Sequence record: OP310984.1
DNA length: 64,000 nt
Strand: one strand, 5' to 3'
In this document: in pieces, positions 1 to 12,697 of the stretch
Layout: the number at the start of each line of letters is the position of its first letter
Position numbering within the stretch: the first letter of the stretch is position 1
Position numbers and translations under genes: made by a program
The notes under the pieces: generated by a model
Database searches by the model: none
The model's input: only the letters and a program-made list of their open reading frames with translations
Told to the model about the DNA's origin: nothing

Positions 1-106
1 TATCGGCGATAGTATTGGCTACATAACAATCACCCAAGATATAAAAGGTATCTTCGGTATCATCCGGACGAAAATGACGAATACCATTCTGTGTATATTC
101 ACCCAT
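1..106 (-). CDS. Hypothetical protein, 5' part (runs off left edge)
   Basis: Manual translation MGEYTQNGIRHFRPDDTEDTFYILGDCYVANTIAD...; AGAGGA SD 8 nt upstream of ATG at 106. Confidence 0.6.
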   Translation of the reverse strand, partial: MGEYTQNGIRHFRPDDTEDTFYILGDCYVANTIAD

Positions 107-107
107 G

Positions 108-251
108 TTAATTATCCTCTTTTCCTTCTTGAGTATGATGAGTGGGCTCTACCCAGTAAAAATCAATAAACAGATCAACTGGTTTACAGCCAACCATCTC
201 GCTGTCATCGGCCCATTTACTTTCATCTACGATAATTTCTTCATTAGTCAT
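108..251 (-). CDS. Small acidic hypothetical protein (47 aa), not in ORF track
   Basis: Manual translation MTNEEIIVDESKWADDSEMVGCKPVDLFIDFYWVEPTHHTQEGKEDN*; AAGGAG SD; same strand as neighbours. Confidence 0.65.
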   Translation of the reverse strand: MTNEEIIVDESKWADDSEMVGCKPVDLFIDFYWVEPTHHTQEGKEDN

Positions 252-290
252 TTGTATTTCTCCTTATTTACTATAGTAAATATTGTTTAG

Positions 291-503
291 TTACATAGTC
301 CAATTAGTGGCTTCATCAACCATATCAGCTGCTTCTTTATCAGAAGCATTCCAGAGTTTATCAGCCCATTCTTTATCCATTTCATTTTGGATATTTTCAA
401 GACGCATGTAATTATGCCATGCCTGACCCAGTCGAAGATTCTTATTATTTTTGTAATAAATTCCAAACTCACCACGAACTGATGCAGGAATTGAAATAGT
501 CAC
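291..503 (-). CDS. Hypothetical protein (70 aa)
   Basis: ORF track; AAGGAG SD; GTGA start/stop overlap with upstream ORF. Confidence 0.65.
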   Translation of the reverse strand: MTISIPASVRGEFGIYYKNNKNLRLGQAWHNYMRLENIQNEMDKEWADKLWNASDKEAADMVDEATNWTM

Positions 504-661
504 TTTATAATCTCCTTAGTTACTATCTGACGTGCTTCTTTATAAGAAATATTCGGATTATCATTGATGTATTTAAGAACTTTCTGATGTATAATGTTCT
601 CTCGCTCAGTTAGTTCTTTTACTACTCTTTTAAAATAACCTGGTGATCGTTTCATAGTCAT
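500..661 (-). CDS. Small basic hypothetical protein (53 aa), not in ORF track
   Basis: Manual translation MTMKRSPGYFKRVVKELTERENIIHQKVLKYINDNPNISYKEARQIVTKEIIK*; fills the gap exactly with ATGA and GTGA overlaps. Confidence 0.7.
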   Translation of the reverse strand: MTMKRSPGYFKRVVKELTERENIIHQKVLKYINDNPNISYKEARQIVTKEIIK

Positions 662-945
662 GGTTCTTCGATTAACAAGTTATTTGCCTCGAAAAAGAAT
701 GGGGCTGACCAGCTATAATCTGGTTCATTTACCAGTTTTACACTGTTCTTGGTTTTGATAATCTTGCGATCATACCGCCAGTTTTGTGGTCCATGTTTAG
801 GAATAGTGTAGTATTCACCATCGGGTAGATTAGTGGCTTTTTCCCATCCGAGTTCTTTAATACTAAACTTTTTATCAGTTGTCATTTTCTTTATTTCCTT
901 GCTGTCATGAAACCACCCGGTGGCCGTATCAAGCTGCGTCCCCAT
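658..945 (-). CDS. Hypothetical protein (up to 95 aa)
   Basis: ORF track; operon-like packing. Confidence 0.6.
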   Translation of the reverse strand: MGTQLDTATGWFHDSKEIKKMTTDKKFSIKELGWEKATNLPDGEYYTIPKHGPQNWRYDRKIIKTKNSVKLVNEPDYSWSAPFFFEANNLLIEEP

Positions 946-948
946 GGT

Positions 949-1233
949 TTATACTGCACGTGGGATCACTGATATCTCAAGAGTCAGATCAGCCGCGTCC
1001 AGTAGGTTTACCAGGGCGTCCAGAGAGAACTTGTCAATCTTGCCTTTGAGAAGATCATTCAATCTCGGTTGCGTAACATGTAGGCGAGCAGCAGCGTCTT
1101 TTTGCGGAAGATCCCAGCCCTTTATAGTACGGGTGAGAGCCCGCATGAGTTGGGAACGGATACGTAGGTTTTCAGTTTCTTTTGTCGAGTCAACTAGTGT
1201 ATCCCAGACACCGGGAGTGCATTCGTTTGCCAT
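949..1233 (-). CDS. XRE-family HTH protein, HigA/antitoxin-like
   Basis: QKDAAARLHVTQPRLNDLLKGKIDKFSLDALVNLL is a typical XRE HTH of the HigA-2/HTH_37 antitoxin type; GAGG SD. Confidence 0.8.
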   Translation of the reverse strand: MANECTPGVWDTLVDSTKETENLRIRSQLMRALTRTIKGWDLPQKDAAARLHVTQPRLNDLLKGKIDKFSLDALVNLLDAADLTLEISVIPRAV

Positions 1234-1240
1234 TTATTTA

Positions 1241-1504
1241 TTACCTCTTGAGGTAAATGCTCGGATAATAAACTACATTATATTTAAAGAAATCACTTAC
1301 CTTGAATTTTATGTTCGGTGCAGTGATTAGATAACAATAATCACCATCAACCATAACGCGTCGATCATGGCTATATACCCTAGGACCATGTAACGGAGAA
1401 GTTACATAAATCCCATTGGGAAGATTCCGTAAATCGTCTTTATTCAGAAACTTACCATTAGGATTTATAGTTAATGGATAACAACCAGGATTAAGTTTAT
1501 GCAT
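1241..1504 (-). CDS. Hypothetical protein (87 aa)
   Basis: ORF track; GAGGTG SD. Confidence 0.65.
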   Translation of the reverse strand: MHKLNPGCYPLTINPNGKFLNKDDLRNLPNGIYVTSPLHGPRVYSHDRRVMVDGDYCYLITAPNIKFKVSDFFKYNVVYYPSIYLKR

Positions 1505-1520
1505 ATTTCACCTCTTTTAT

Positions 1521-1549
1521 AAACCACCCTTATATAGGGTGGTTTTTTT
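1521..1549. terminator. Intrinsic terminator-like hairpin
   Basis: AAACCACCCT-TATAT-AGGGTGGTTT followed by T-run. Confidence 0.7.
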
Positions 1550-1825
1550 CTATTGACCAATATACGTGCTGGTGTATAATTCAATGGTTGGTTTATGAAT
1601 GGTCAGATTATATTTCTTAGCTAAATCATCAATATCCCTGGAACAATCAATGAATTTTCCAGTCTCTCGGTAGCGCATCACCCATGAACCCCGAAATGGT
1701 GCATCATCTAATGGATTAATACCATATTCACGACATACCACAATTGCTTCATGTCGTGGAGTAGCACCAGTAGTGACAAAGTGATTTTCATAAACTGGGA
1801 TCATTGATACATCTTTATTGCTCAT
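1550..1825 (-). CDS. Hypothetical protein (91 aa), paralogue of 2819..3070
   Basis: Start moved to MSNKD (AGAGAGG SD); shares REYGINP..P.RG.WV.R...TG.FID with 2819..3070. Confidence 0.65.
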   Translation of the reverse strand: MSNKDVSMIPVYENHFVTTGATPRHEAIVVCREYGINPLDDAPFRGSWVMRYRETGKFIDCSRDIDDLAKKYNLTIHKPTIELYTSTYIGQ

Positions 1826-1866
1826 AATAACCTCTCTAAAATTACCTGAAGGGATATGCATGATAT

Positions 1867-2364
1867 TTATTTTTGTTTTTGACTGATCATGGAGGCATTG
1901 GTGAAGTAATATAACGCATGTTTCCAATCTTGAGGGTCATATGTGCACTTATGAGCAACCACATAATCACCATCAATTTTTTTGAACAAGTTTACCATGA
2001 TCTCCTCACCCATATCAGTCCCGTTATGCACAGTTTGATAATTCAGTCTCACCAACATGTCATCTACATTGGTTTTCAACTGGAGACCATCTTTGAAGAA
2101 ATCACGAACACCATCCATGATTTGTTCATTGCGAGACAGGATGTTTTCAGAGATCTGTTCGAACATACCCCTTGCACCGATCAAACGTAATTGATCGTAA
2201 TTGGGTTCACCCATGCAGATGGCCTCATCATCACGATTACACATCTTCTCCAGCAGAACGATAGGGTTATAATCCCAAGCAACCCCACCAGTTACAACAG
2301 AGGTCAAATAGCCATAGAGACTGAGTTCACTGTCACGCTCATTTGCAGGAATCATGCGGTTCAT
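1867..2364 (-). CDS. Hypothetical protein (165 aa)
   Basis: ORF track frame; start moved to MNRMIP (GAGGA SD). Confidence 0.65.
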   Translation of the reverse strand: MNRMIPANERDSELSLYGYLTSVVTGGVAWDYNPIVLLEKMCNRDDEAICMGEPNYDQLRLIGARGMFEQISENILSRNEQIMDGVRDFFKDGLQLKTNVDDMLVRLNYQTVHNGTDMGEEIMVNLFKKIDGDYVVAHKCTYDPQDWKHALYYFTNASMISQKQK

Positions 2365-2399
2365 AATTAACGATCCTCGTATTGGTGTTGCAGCATAGC

Positions 2400-2783
2400 T
2401 CAGCAAGTCTCTTGAGCTTTCTCAAAACTAGCCATCGAGCGGGTGCGCGCACGCTGTAGAATAGACAAGCCGTATTTTTTGAACTTCTTCTTGTGGATGA
2501 AACCAAGGCGTTCGTAGATGAAGTCTTTACGGTCGGCGCGAGGTTTACCATCAGCTACGATACCACGGTCGAAAAGAGCCCAGAACAGAGCGCTTTCATC
2601 ATGCAGGTAGTTGGCCATTTCCTGAGGCCACTGAACTGCGCATAGAGCAACGATTTGTTCAAGTAAACCACTATCTGAGATGGCATAGTACTCACGACCC
2701 TGAACATAGTTCATTTTGTCGAAGTTGCACATAGCCAGTCTGCCAGTACCCTGGTTGATTTTCTTTTGAATGTGTTCGTTCAT
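2400..2783 (-). CDS. Hypothetical protein (127 aa)
   Basis: ORF track. Confidence 0.65.
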   Translation of the reverse strand: MNEHIQKKINQGTGRLAMCNFDKMNYVQGREYYAISDSGLLEQIVALCAVQWPQEMANYLHDESALFWALFDRGIVADGKPRADRKDFIYERLGFIHKKKFKKYGLSILQRARTRSMASFEKAQETC

Positions 2784-2818
2784 GGTTTGACCTATTTTCA
2801 GATTTGGATTAATTATAG

Positions 2819-3070
2819 CTAGACGAAGGTATTGCGTTCGAATTGGATGGAATTACGTTCAACAATATCGTTGAGGTATTTATCATTGTCGATAAATTCC
2901 CCAGTGAGCATGTTACGCAGAACCCAGTTCCCCCGAAGTGGTATACCGCTGTTAGGGTTGATCCCGTATTCACGCATCAAAATCCGACGATTGTGGTCAA
3001 CACCTGGCTCCATGTAAGATTCACTGATAAAACATTCCACCATGTTGATAACTTCTTTAGATTCGCTCAT
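2819..3070 (-). CDS. Hypothetical protein (83 aa), paralogue of 1550..1825
   Basis: ORF track; AAGGA SD; shared motif. Confidence 0.65.
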   Translation of the reverse strand: MSESKEVINMVECFISESYMEPGVDHNRRILMREYGINPNSGIPLRGNWVLRNMLTGEFIDNDKYLNDIVERNSIQFERNTFV

Positions 3071-3141
3071 TGACTTATTCCTTCTTTTGCAGGTATTATG
3101 TAATACGATAATGGATTATGGCTTTAACCATCAGATCCTTT

Positions 3142-3564
3142 TCACGCAGTTGGTTTGAATGGATTTGCACTACGACTACGTTTTTGATATGAAATTAGTG
3201 CACCCCATACATTATCGGCTGATACATATTCAGGCATAGCTTTTTCATCATTGTAACTGACACGGTATGCCTTAGCCACACCTGTGCTATCTACAATGTG
3301 AACTTTTTCAATGACAAATGCTTTTCCAGAAGGCCCAGGGATATGTAATCCTCTTTTAAAAAGTTCTTCAAGAATGCGTTCTAATGCAATTTTAGCATTA
3401 GGGTAATCATTATCAAGTGACTTAATACCACCTTTAATTTTATTATCTAGGTCACTGAGTGCCTTTTTAAAAACACTAACATCATGATCAAAACATTCGA
3501 GAGTGTGATCGAAGTTTTGCATGAGCGCTATTAGTAGACCATTAGGAAATACTACTTTTGACAT
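3142..3564 (-). CDS. Hypothetical protein (140 aa)
   Basis: ORF track; AGGTG SD. Confidence 0.65.
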   Translation of the reverse strand: MSKVVFPNGLLIALMQNFDHTLECFDHDVSVFKKALSDLDNKIKGGIKSLDNDYPNAKIALERILEELFKRGLHIPGPSGKAFVIEKVHIVDSTGVAKAYRVSYNDEKAMPEYVSADNVWGALISYQKRSRSANPFKPTA

Positions 3565-3574
3565 ATATCACCTA

Positions 3575-3931
3575 TTAGTAAACAGTTGGGAACGTTTGTA
3601 GGAACCAATCATTAATACGTGTATTAACACTAGCCCCGTGTTCAGGCGCTACTTTAAAACCAGCGACGATGTCCTGTAACTCTTCAGTGAGTTTGTTGTG
3701 TACTTTACCTTCACAATCGATAAAGTCTTCTGCGGTTGGCATAACCTCAGCGCGAATAACAGAGGCACGCTTAGAAAGCATTGTAAGAATTTCATTAGAC
3801 ACTGAAGCAGCATTACGCAACTTATTGATTTTTACATCAATAACAGTTTTATGATAGATTTTACCAACTGCACACATTGTAACTGAACCAACAAAAATAC
3901 CAAGACAGAGTGATACTTTATCAATATTCAT
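3575..3931 (-). CDS. Hypothetical protein with N-terminal hydrophobic anchor (118 aa)
   Basis: VSLCLGIFVGSVTMCAVG followed by a helical soluble region. Confidence 0.65.
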   Translation of the reverse strand: MNIDKVSLCLGIFVGSVTMCAVGKIYHKTVIDVKINKLRNAASVSNEILTMLSKRASVIRAEVMPTAEDFIDCEGKVHNKLTEELQDIVAGFKVAPEHGASVNTRINDWFLQTFPTVY

Positions 3932-3992
3932 TTTGTATACCTATTTACGTTTATTGAAGTGATTAAAAAATAATACGATGTAGAAAATAAAA

Positions 3993-4010
3993 GGGAGTCC
4001 GAAGACTCCC
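3993..4010. terminator. Terminator-like hairpin
   Basis: GGGAGTC-CGAA-GACTCCC. Confidence 0.65.
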
Positions 4011-4018
4011 ATTATCAG

Positions 4019-4459
4019 TTACACATCTGACACATCATCGAACAGATCAAGTTGTTTCCGATTACGTCGTTCTTCTTCTTCGATACGACGATTCTCTTCT
4101 TCAATCTCTTTCTGCCGTTTGACAAGCCTCCTGTGCAGACTCATTTGCCATGCAGTATCATAACGGCATCGCACTGATTCAATATATTTAAGCCCTACTT
4201 CATTAATGCTCTCAAGAAGATCCAGTGACACAAGTGTCTCCTTGGATGCATTAATGCTAGCCTTAAGATAATGGGCCATTGCTGTTGCTGGATGGAACGG
4301 TAGTTTATCGACATCCATGGTCTTTTGATAAGCTTTCAGTTTATGGATAATAATTCGTCCATAATAGAATTCATAGAGTTTTTCTCTAGAATCCCAAGCA
4401 AGCTTACCGAGTACGGCTCCACTTACCATCCCTAATGTAAGAGATAGCTTAGAGTTCAT
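4019..4459 (-). CDS. Hypothetical protein with N-terminal anchor and charged coiled C-terminus (146 aa)
   Basis: Start moved to MNSKLSL (AAGGA SD); LSLTLGMVSGAVLGKLAW. Confidence 0.65.
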   Translation of the reverse strand: MNSKLSLTLGMVSGAVLGKLAWDSREKLYEFYYGRIIIHKLKAYQKTMDVDKLPFHPATAMAHYLKASINASKETLVSLDLLESINEVGLKYIESVRCRYDTAWQMSLHRRLVKRQKEIEEENRRIEEEERRNRKQLDLFDDVSDV

Positions 4460-4766
4460 TGTTAATTGCATCCTTAATCCAGTTACGGATTTTTGATTTA
4501 ATTCGATGTTTATCACTGATGGTGTTAAACATATCCAATCCATCATTAATAACGTATATAAGCTCTACTTCAATAAAGTCCGTCATTACTTCCACGGTGG
4601 TATTATCTGAATTAGATTTGATATAATCGGAATAGTCCTTTACTTTTTCACGGATATTCTTTTCTAATTTAATCTCATTATAAACAGTCACACTGACTTC
4701 GAACACATAGATGGTACCAGCCAGCATGAGACCAGTTTTTACAACATTACCGATAATGGAAAGCAT
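4449..4766 (-). CDS. Hypothetical protein with N-terminal anchor (105 aa)
   Basis: ORF track; LMLAGTIYVFEVSVTVY. Confidence 0.65.
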   Translation of the reverse strand: MLSIIGNVVKTGLMLAGTIYVFEVSVTVYNEIKLEKNIREKVKDYSDYIKSNSDNTTVEVMTDFIEVELIYVINDGLDMFNTISDKHRIKSKIRNWIKDAINNEL

Positions 4767-4811
4767 GATAATATCCTATTAGTTAATGAATGTAGATTTA
4801 TTTTGATTATA

Positions 4812-4973
4812 TTAAAACTTGATATTTAGAACACGTTTAGCTATTATAATACCAACATATACTCCTAGTGCTATCTCCGCATATTTGGTGATGACGTTTT
4901 TAATCTTCTTATGTTTAGGTGCCTCGGGCACATCCGCGATAAGTTTTTGAAGTTTAACTTTATCAATATTCAT
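4812..4973 (-). CDS. Small protein with C-terminal hydrophobic segment (53 aa)
   Basis: Start moved to MNIDKV (AAGGA SD); IALGVYVGIIIA. Confidence 0.6.
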   Translation of the reverse strand: MNIDKVKLQKLIADVPEAPKHKKIKNVITKYAEIALGVYVGIIIAKRVLNIKF

Positions 4974-5055
4974 TTGTATTTTCCTTTTTACGATTAATTG
5001 AAGGTTTAACAAACTCATTCAAATATAATTTTATTATCGTAATTATATTTGAATG

Positions 5056-5072
5056 GGGCCTCAGTGAGGCCC
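5056..5072. terminator. Hairpin, possible terminator
   Basis: GGGCCTC-AGT-GAGGCCC in intergenic gap. Confidence 0.5.
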
Positions 5073-5081
5073 TATCCATTT

Positions 5082-5420
5082 TTACATCTTACGAACTGTA
5101 TCGAATACTTGATTCGTATAGTCATCGCCATAAATGATCGACAGCTTATTACGAATTACATCCAGTCGATGTTTTTCAATATTGCTCTCAGCAACAGCAC
5201 TATCCATTGTCTCAGTCATTGCAGCATTGACGAACATCATGAACTCATCTGATTCACCATACTCTTTTGAAATACTTTTAAACTGATCCCTGAAACCCAT
5301 GAGTTTGTCAAAGTTGGCTTTAGTCTCTTTAGCCTTCTTGTAGATAACATACCCAGTTCCAGCCAGTGATGCAGTGGCCAGAAGAAAAGATACACCTTTT
5401 GCAATCGTATTGAATTTCAT
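5082..5420 (-). CDS. Hypothetical protein with N-terminal anchor (112 aa)
   Basis: ORF track; VSFLLATASLAGTGYVIY. Confidence 0.65.
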   Translation of the reverse strand: MKFNTIAKGVSFLLATASLAGTGYVIYKKAKETKANFDKLMGFRDQFKSISKEYGESDEFMMFVNAAMTETMDSAVAESNIEKHRLDVIRNKLSIIYGDDYTNQVFDTVRKM

Positions 5421-5454
5421 AATAAATATTCCTATTTACTAATATTAAAACTAT

Positions 5455-5901
5455 TTAATAGTTTCTGAAATGTTCACAAGTCGTTACTTCTTTCAGTCGT
5501 TTGATGATGTAATCTCGACTTTTATTGAATTGAAGTTTCTTTGCGTCATCCAGTTCATCCCATTGTGTAATTCTGGCCAGTTCAGAAACATTGTCATATT
5601 TTGCTTTGTTAAGTTTTTTAATCATGTCCCATACATAGCAACCTTCGATAAACCACAAAAGACTCGTGTATGTATCCTTGTCAATTAAATTTACTCCATA
5701 AAGACTAAGGTCAACCTTGGCTTCTTCTGCCATTTTAATGGTTTTCTTATAATTATCAAATACATTGTGGAGGTTATGCTCTTCGCCACTGCTATCACAG
5801 TTTTCAATAGCTTTCATCAACTCCGGAAATGTATCACTATAGAACTTGATCAATTTACGAGTAATCGCCTCTTGCACTTTCTGCTTTTTAGTCTTTGCCA
5901 T
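5455..5901 (-). CDS. Hypothetical protein (148 aa; phiKZ gp105-like by position)
   Basis: ORF track; directly downstream of early-promoter motif. Confidence 0.7.
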   Translation of the reverse strand: MAKTKKQKVQEAITRKLIKFYSDTFPELMKAIENCDSSGEEHNLHNVFDNYKKTIKMAEEAKVDLSLYGVNLIDKDTYTSLLWFIEGCYVWDMIKKLNKAKYDNVSELARITQWDELDDAKKLQFNKSRDYIIKRLKEVTTCEHFRNY

Positions 5902-5959
5902 TTTATTTCCACCTATTTACATTAAGTTGTATGATAATGTTTACAGTATTGTCACAAAT

Positions 5960-5967
5960 GTAATATA
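5960..5967 (-). promoter_or_regulatory. phiKZ-type early promoter core TATATTAC
   Basis: Minus strand TTTTAAAACAG-TATATTAC upstream of ORF 5901; matches published phiKZ early consensus. Confidence 0.7.
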
Positions 5968-5999
5968 CTGTTTAAAATGGTTTGAATATACGACATAAA

Positions 6000-6019
6000 G
6001 CCTTCCCCTGAGGGAAGGC
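6000..6019. terminator. Terminator-like hairpin
   Basis: GCCTTCCC-CTGA-GGGAAGGC just after macrodomain stop. Confidence 0.7.
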
Positions 6020-6024
6020 CAATG

Positions 6025-6513
6025 TTAAACCGATGAATCTATCCACGGTGGATAAACAACCACAATCTGGTTAGGCATGTGATTAGACCAATCTTCAATG
6101 ATAGTTCTAACATCAGAGAAATCTAATCCACCATTAGCACACCCTAGAGGTGGTATGATAATTTTCCAATCTGGATGAATACAGTCTTCTTCATTTTCCG
6201 CAGAATCCGATACGTTCTCCATCATCCACTCTAGACCACGTTCAATGAAACTAATTTGAGATGGGTTCCGCCAGTTATCCTTAGTAGGAAACATCATGAA
6301 ACGTTTACCATCGGATGCTTTGTAAATAACCGGATTACCAATAGTAATAATTCTCTTTTTGCAATCGTGTTTGTATCTTTCAAAAAGTTCAGGATACTTT
6401 TCTTTAAACGATTTGGCTAAACCAGCGCCCATGACGCCAACAACATTAACAGTGATTAGATAAAGATCACCAGGTACATTGAATATATCTTTACCTATAA
6501 TAAATTCAGCCAT
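6025..6513 (-). CDS. Macrodomain protein, DarG/TARG1-like ADP-ribosylhydrolase (phiKZ gp104-like)
   Basis: Motifs TVNVVGVMGAGLAKSFKEKYP, MFPTK, IPPLGCANGGL; syntenic position of gp104. Confidence 0.85.
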   Translation of the reverse strand: MAEFIIGKDIFNVPGDLYLITVNVVGVMGAGLAKSFKEKYPELFERYKHDCKKRIITIGNPVIYKASDGKRFMMFPTKDNWRNPSQISFIERGLEWMMENVSDSAENEEDCIHPDWKIIIPPLGCANGGLDFSDVRTIIEDWSNHMPNQIVVVYPPWIDSSV

Positions 6514-6593
6514 GATAATGGCTCCTTCTACAAGAGTACTAATGAGAAGATCAAAACATAGACCTTCTCATTAGATTGGGTGCATTTCCAGGC

Positions 6594-6986
6594 TTATTGG
6601 ATTTCTGGATTAGCGTTGTAGAAGCCAATATAAGCCTTATTAAATTTCAAGTAATAATTATACTCTGAAGGCTCACCAGTTATTTCCCTAAATACCTTAG
6701 CAGTTATAACTTCGAACTTAGAACGCCGTAGCATTGGGAATAATTTCTTACTGCGCGATAGCTCACACAATCTAATCGAGATAGCTTGATCTTTAAATAA
6801 ACCTGATTTAGTAAAGAAAGCACCTTCATGAAGCCATTGAATTACTTCATTGAAGTCTGCGCGCCATTTCTTATGCTCATTTAAAGTTTTACCATTTATA
6901 AGATACCATAAAGCTCTAACTTTAGATCCAATAGTAAAAATACCTATTACCATTACTGCTAGACATATAGCAATTATAAATGACAT
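6594..6986 (-). CDS. Membrane-anchored hypothetical protein (130 aa; gp103-like)
   Basis: Start moved to MSFIIAICLAVMVIGIFTIG (AGGAGG SD). Confidence 0.7.
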   Translation of the reverse strand: MSFIIAICLAVMVIGIFTIGSKVRALWYLINGKTLNEHKKWRADFNEVIQWLHEGAFFTKSGLFKDQAISIRLCELSRSKKLFPMLRRSKFEVITAKVFREITGEPSEYNYYLKFNKAYIGFYNANPEIQ

Positions 6987-6994
6987 ATGTCCTC

Positions 6995-7120
6995 CTAAAT
7001 ACCATTGAAGATTAAAGTTCCTATTAGTGAGAGAATGAATAACACGACCACATGATGAAGTTTTATCCATGTTTCAGGTACTACCGGTTGTTTAGGTTTA
7101 TTTAAAGGGATGTTTTCCAT
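6995..7120 (-). CDS. Small single-TM protein (41 aa), not in ORF track
   Basis: MENIPLNKPKQPVVPETWIKLHHVVVLFILSLIGTLIFNGI*; GGAG SD; first ORF after early promoter; its TAG overlaps the next SD. Confidence 0.7.
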   Translation of the reverse strand: MENIPLNKPKQPVVPETWIKLHHVVVLFILSLIGTLIFNGI

Positions 7121-7147
7121 GTATATACTCCACATTAGTTCATATGT

Positions 7148-7155
7148 GTAATATA
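7148..7155 (-). promoter_or_regulatory. Early promoter core TATATTAC
   Basis: CTTAAACAG-TATATTAC on minus strand. Confidence 0.7.
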
Positions 7156-7159
7156 CTGT

Positions 7160-7582
7160 TTAAGATCTTTCAAATACACCTTTCCAATTAGTAGGTCTTG
7201 GATAGGACCTAGGTAGTGATTCAGAATGTATAATGAATCCCTCGATATCCCCTTCTTTTGTTTTAACAGCAACTATATCTTTGATAATACCTTTTATTTG
7301 TAATAAGCTATTCATAATCTCACGATAGAGTTGATCAAATCTATTTGCAATGATATTAGGATTTATTGGATAACCACAAATTGATTTATAGAAACTACAC
7401 ATTACATCATTGTATCTATCTGGAACACATGTCCAAAAGAAATTATGTCGTTCTTTAATATAAAGAATGATCAAGTAGTTAAGATCATCTTCATCTTTTG
7501 CGGTATAATTAAAGTATTGTTTTAATTCAGAAAAGAATTGTTGTGACCACCTCACATCAACTCGTATAAATAGTTGTTCCAT
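7160..7582 (-). CDS. Hypothetical protein (140 aa; gp102-like)
   Basis: ORF track frame; start moved to MEQLF downstream of hairpin 7599..7618. Confidence 0.65.
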   Translation of the reverse strand: MEQLFIRVDVRWSQQFFSELKQYFNYTAKDEDDLNYLIILYIKERHNFFWTCVPDRYNDVMCSFYKSICGYPINPNIIANRFDQLYREIMNSLLQIKGIIKDIVAVKTKEGDIEGFIIHSESLPRSYPRPTNWKGVFERS

Positions 7583-7598
7583 AATACACCTAAATAAA

Positions 7599-9572
<1,974 letters not shown>

Positions 9573-9576
9573 GGTA

Positions 9577-12632
<3,056 letters not shown>

Positions 12633-12660
12633 TTAAGATCATAAGATCATGGTCTAACAG

Positions 12661-12693
12661 CATAAAAGGGAGCCATGAAGGCTCCCCGTTATG
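12661..12693. terminator. Hairpin flanked by CATAA/TTATG
   Basis: CATAA-aa-GGGAGCC-ATGAA-GGCTCCC-cg-TTATG. Confidence 0.7.
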
Positions 12694-12697
12694 TTTG

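Noticed and set aside
920-1330. 136-aa plus-strand ORF opposite the HTH gene
   Set aside because: Shadow frame favoured by locally higher GC; the minus-strand ORF has the recognisable domain and SD
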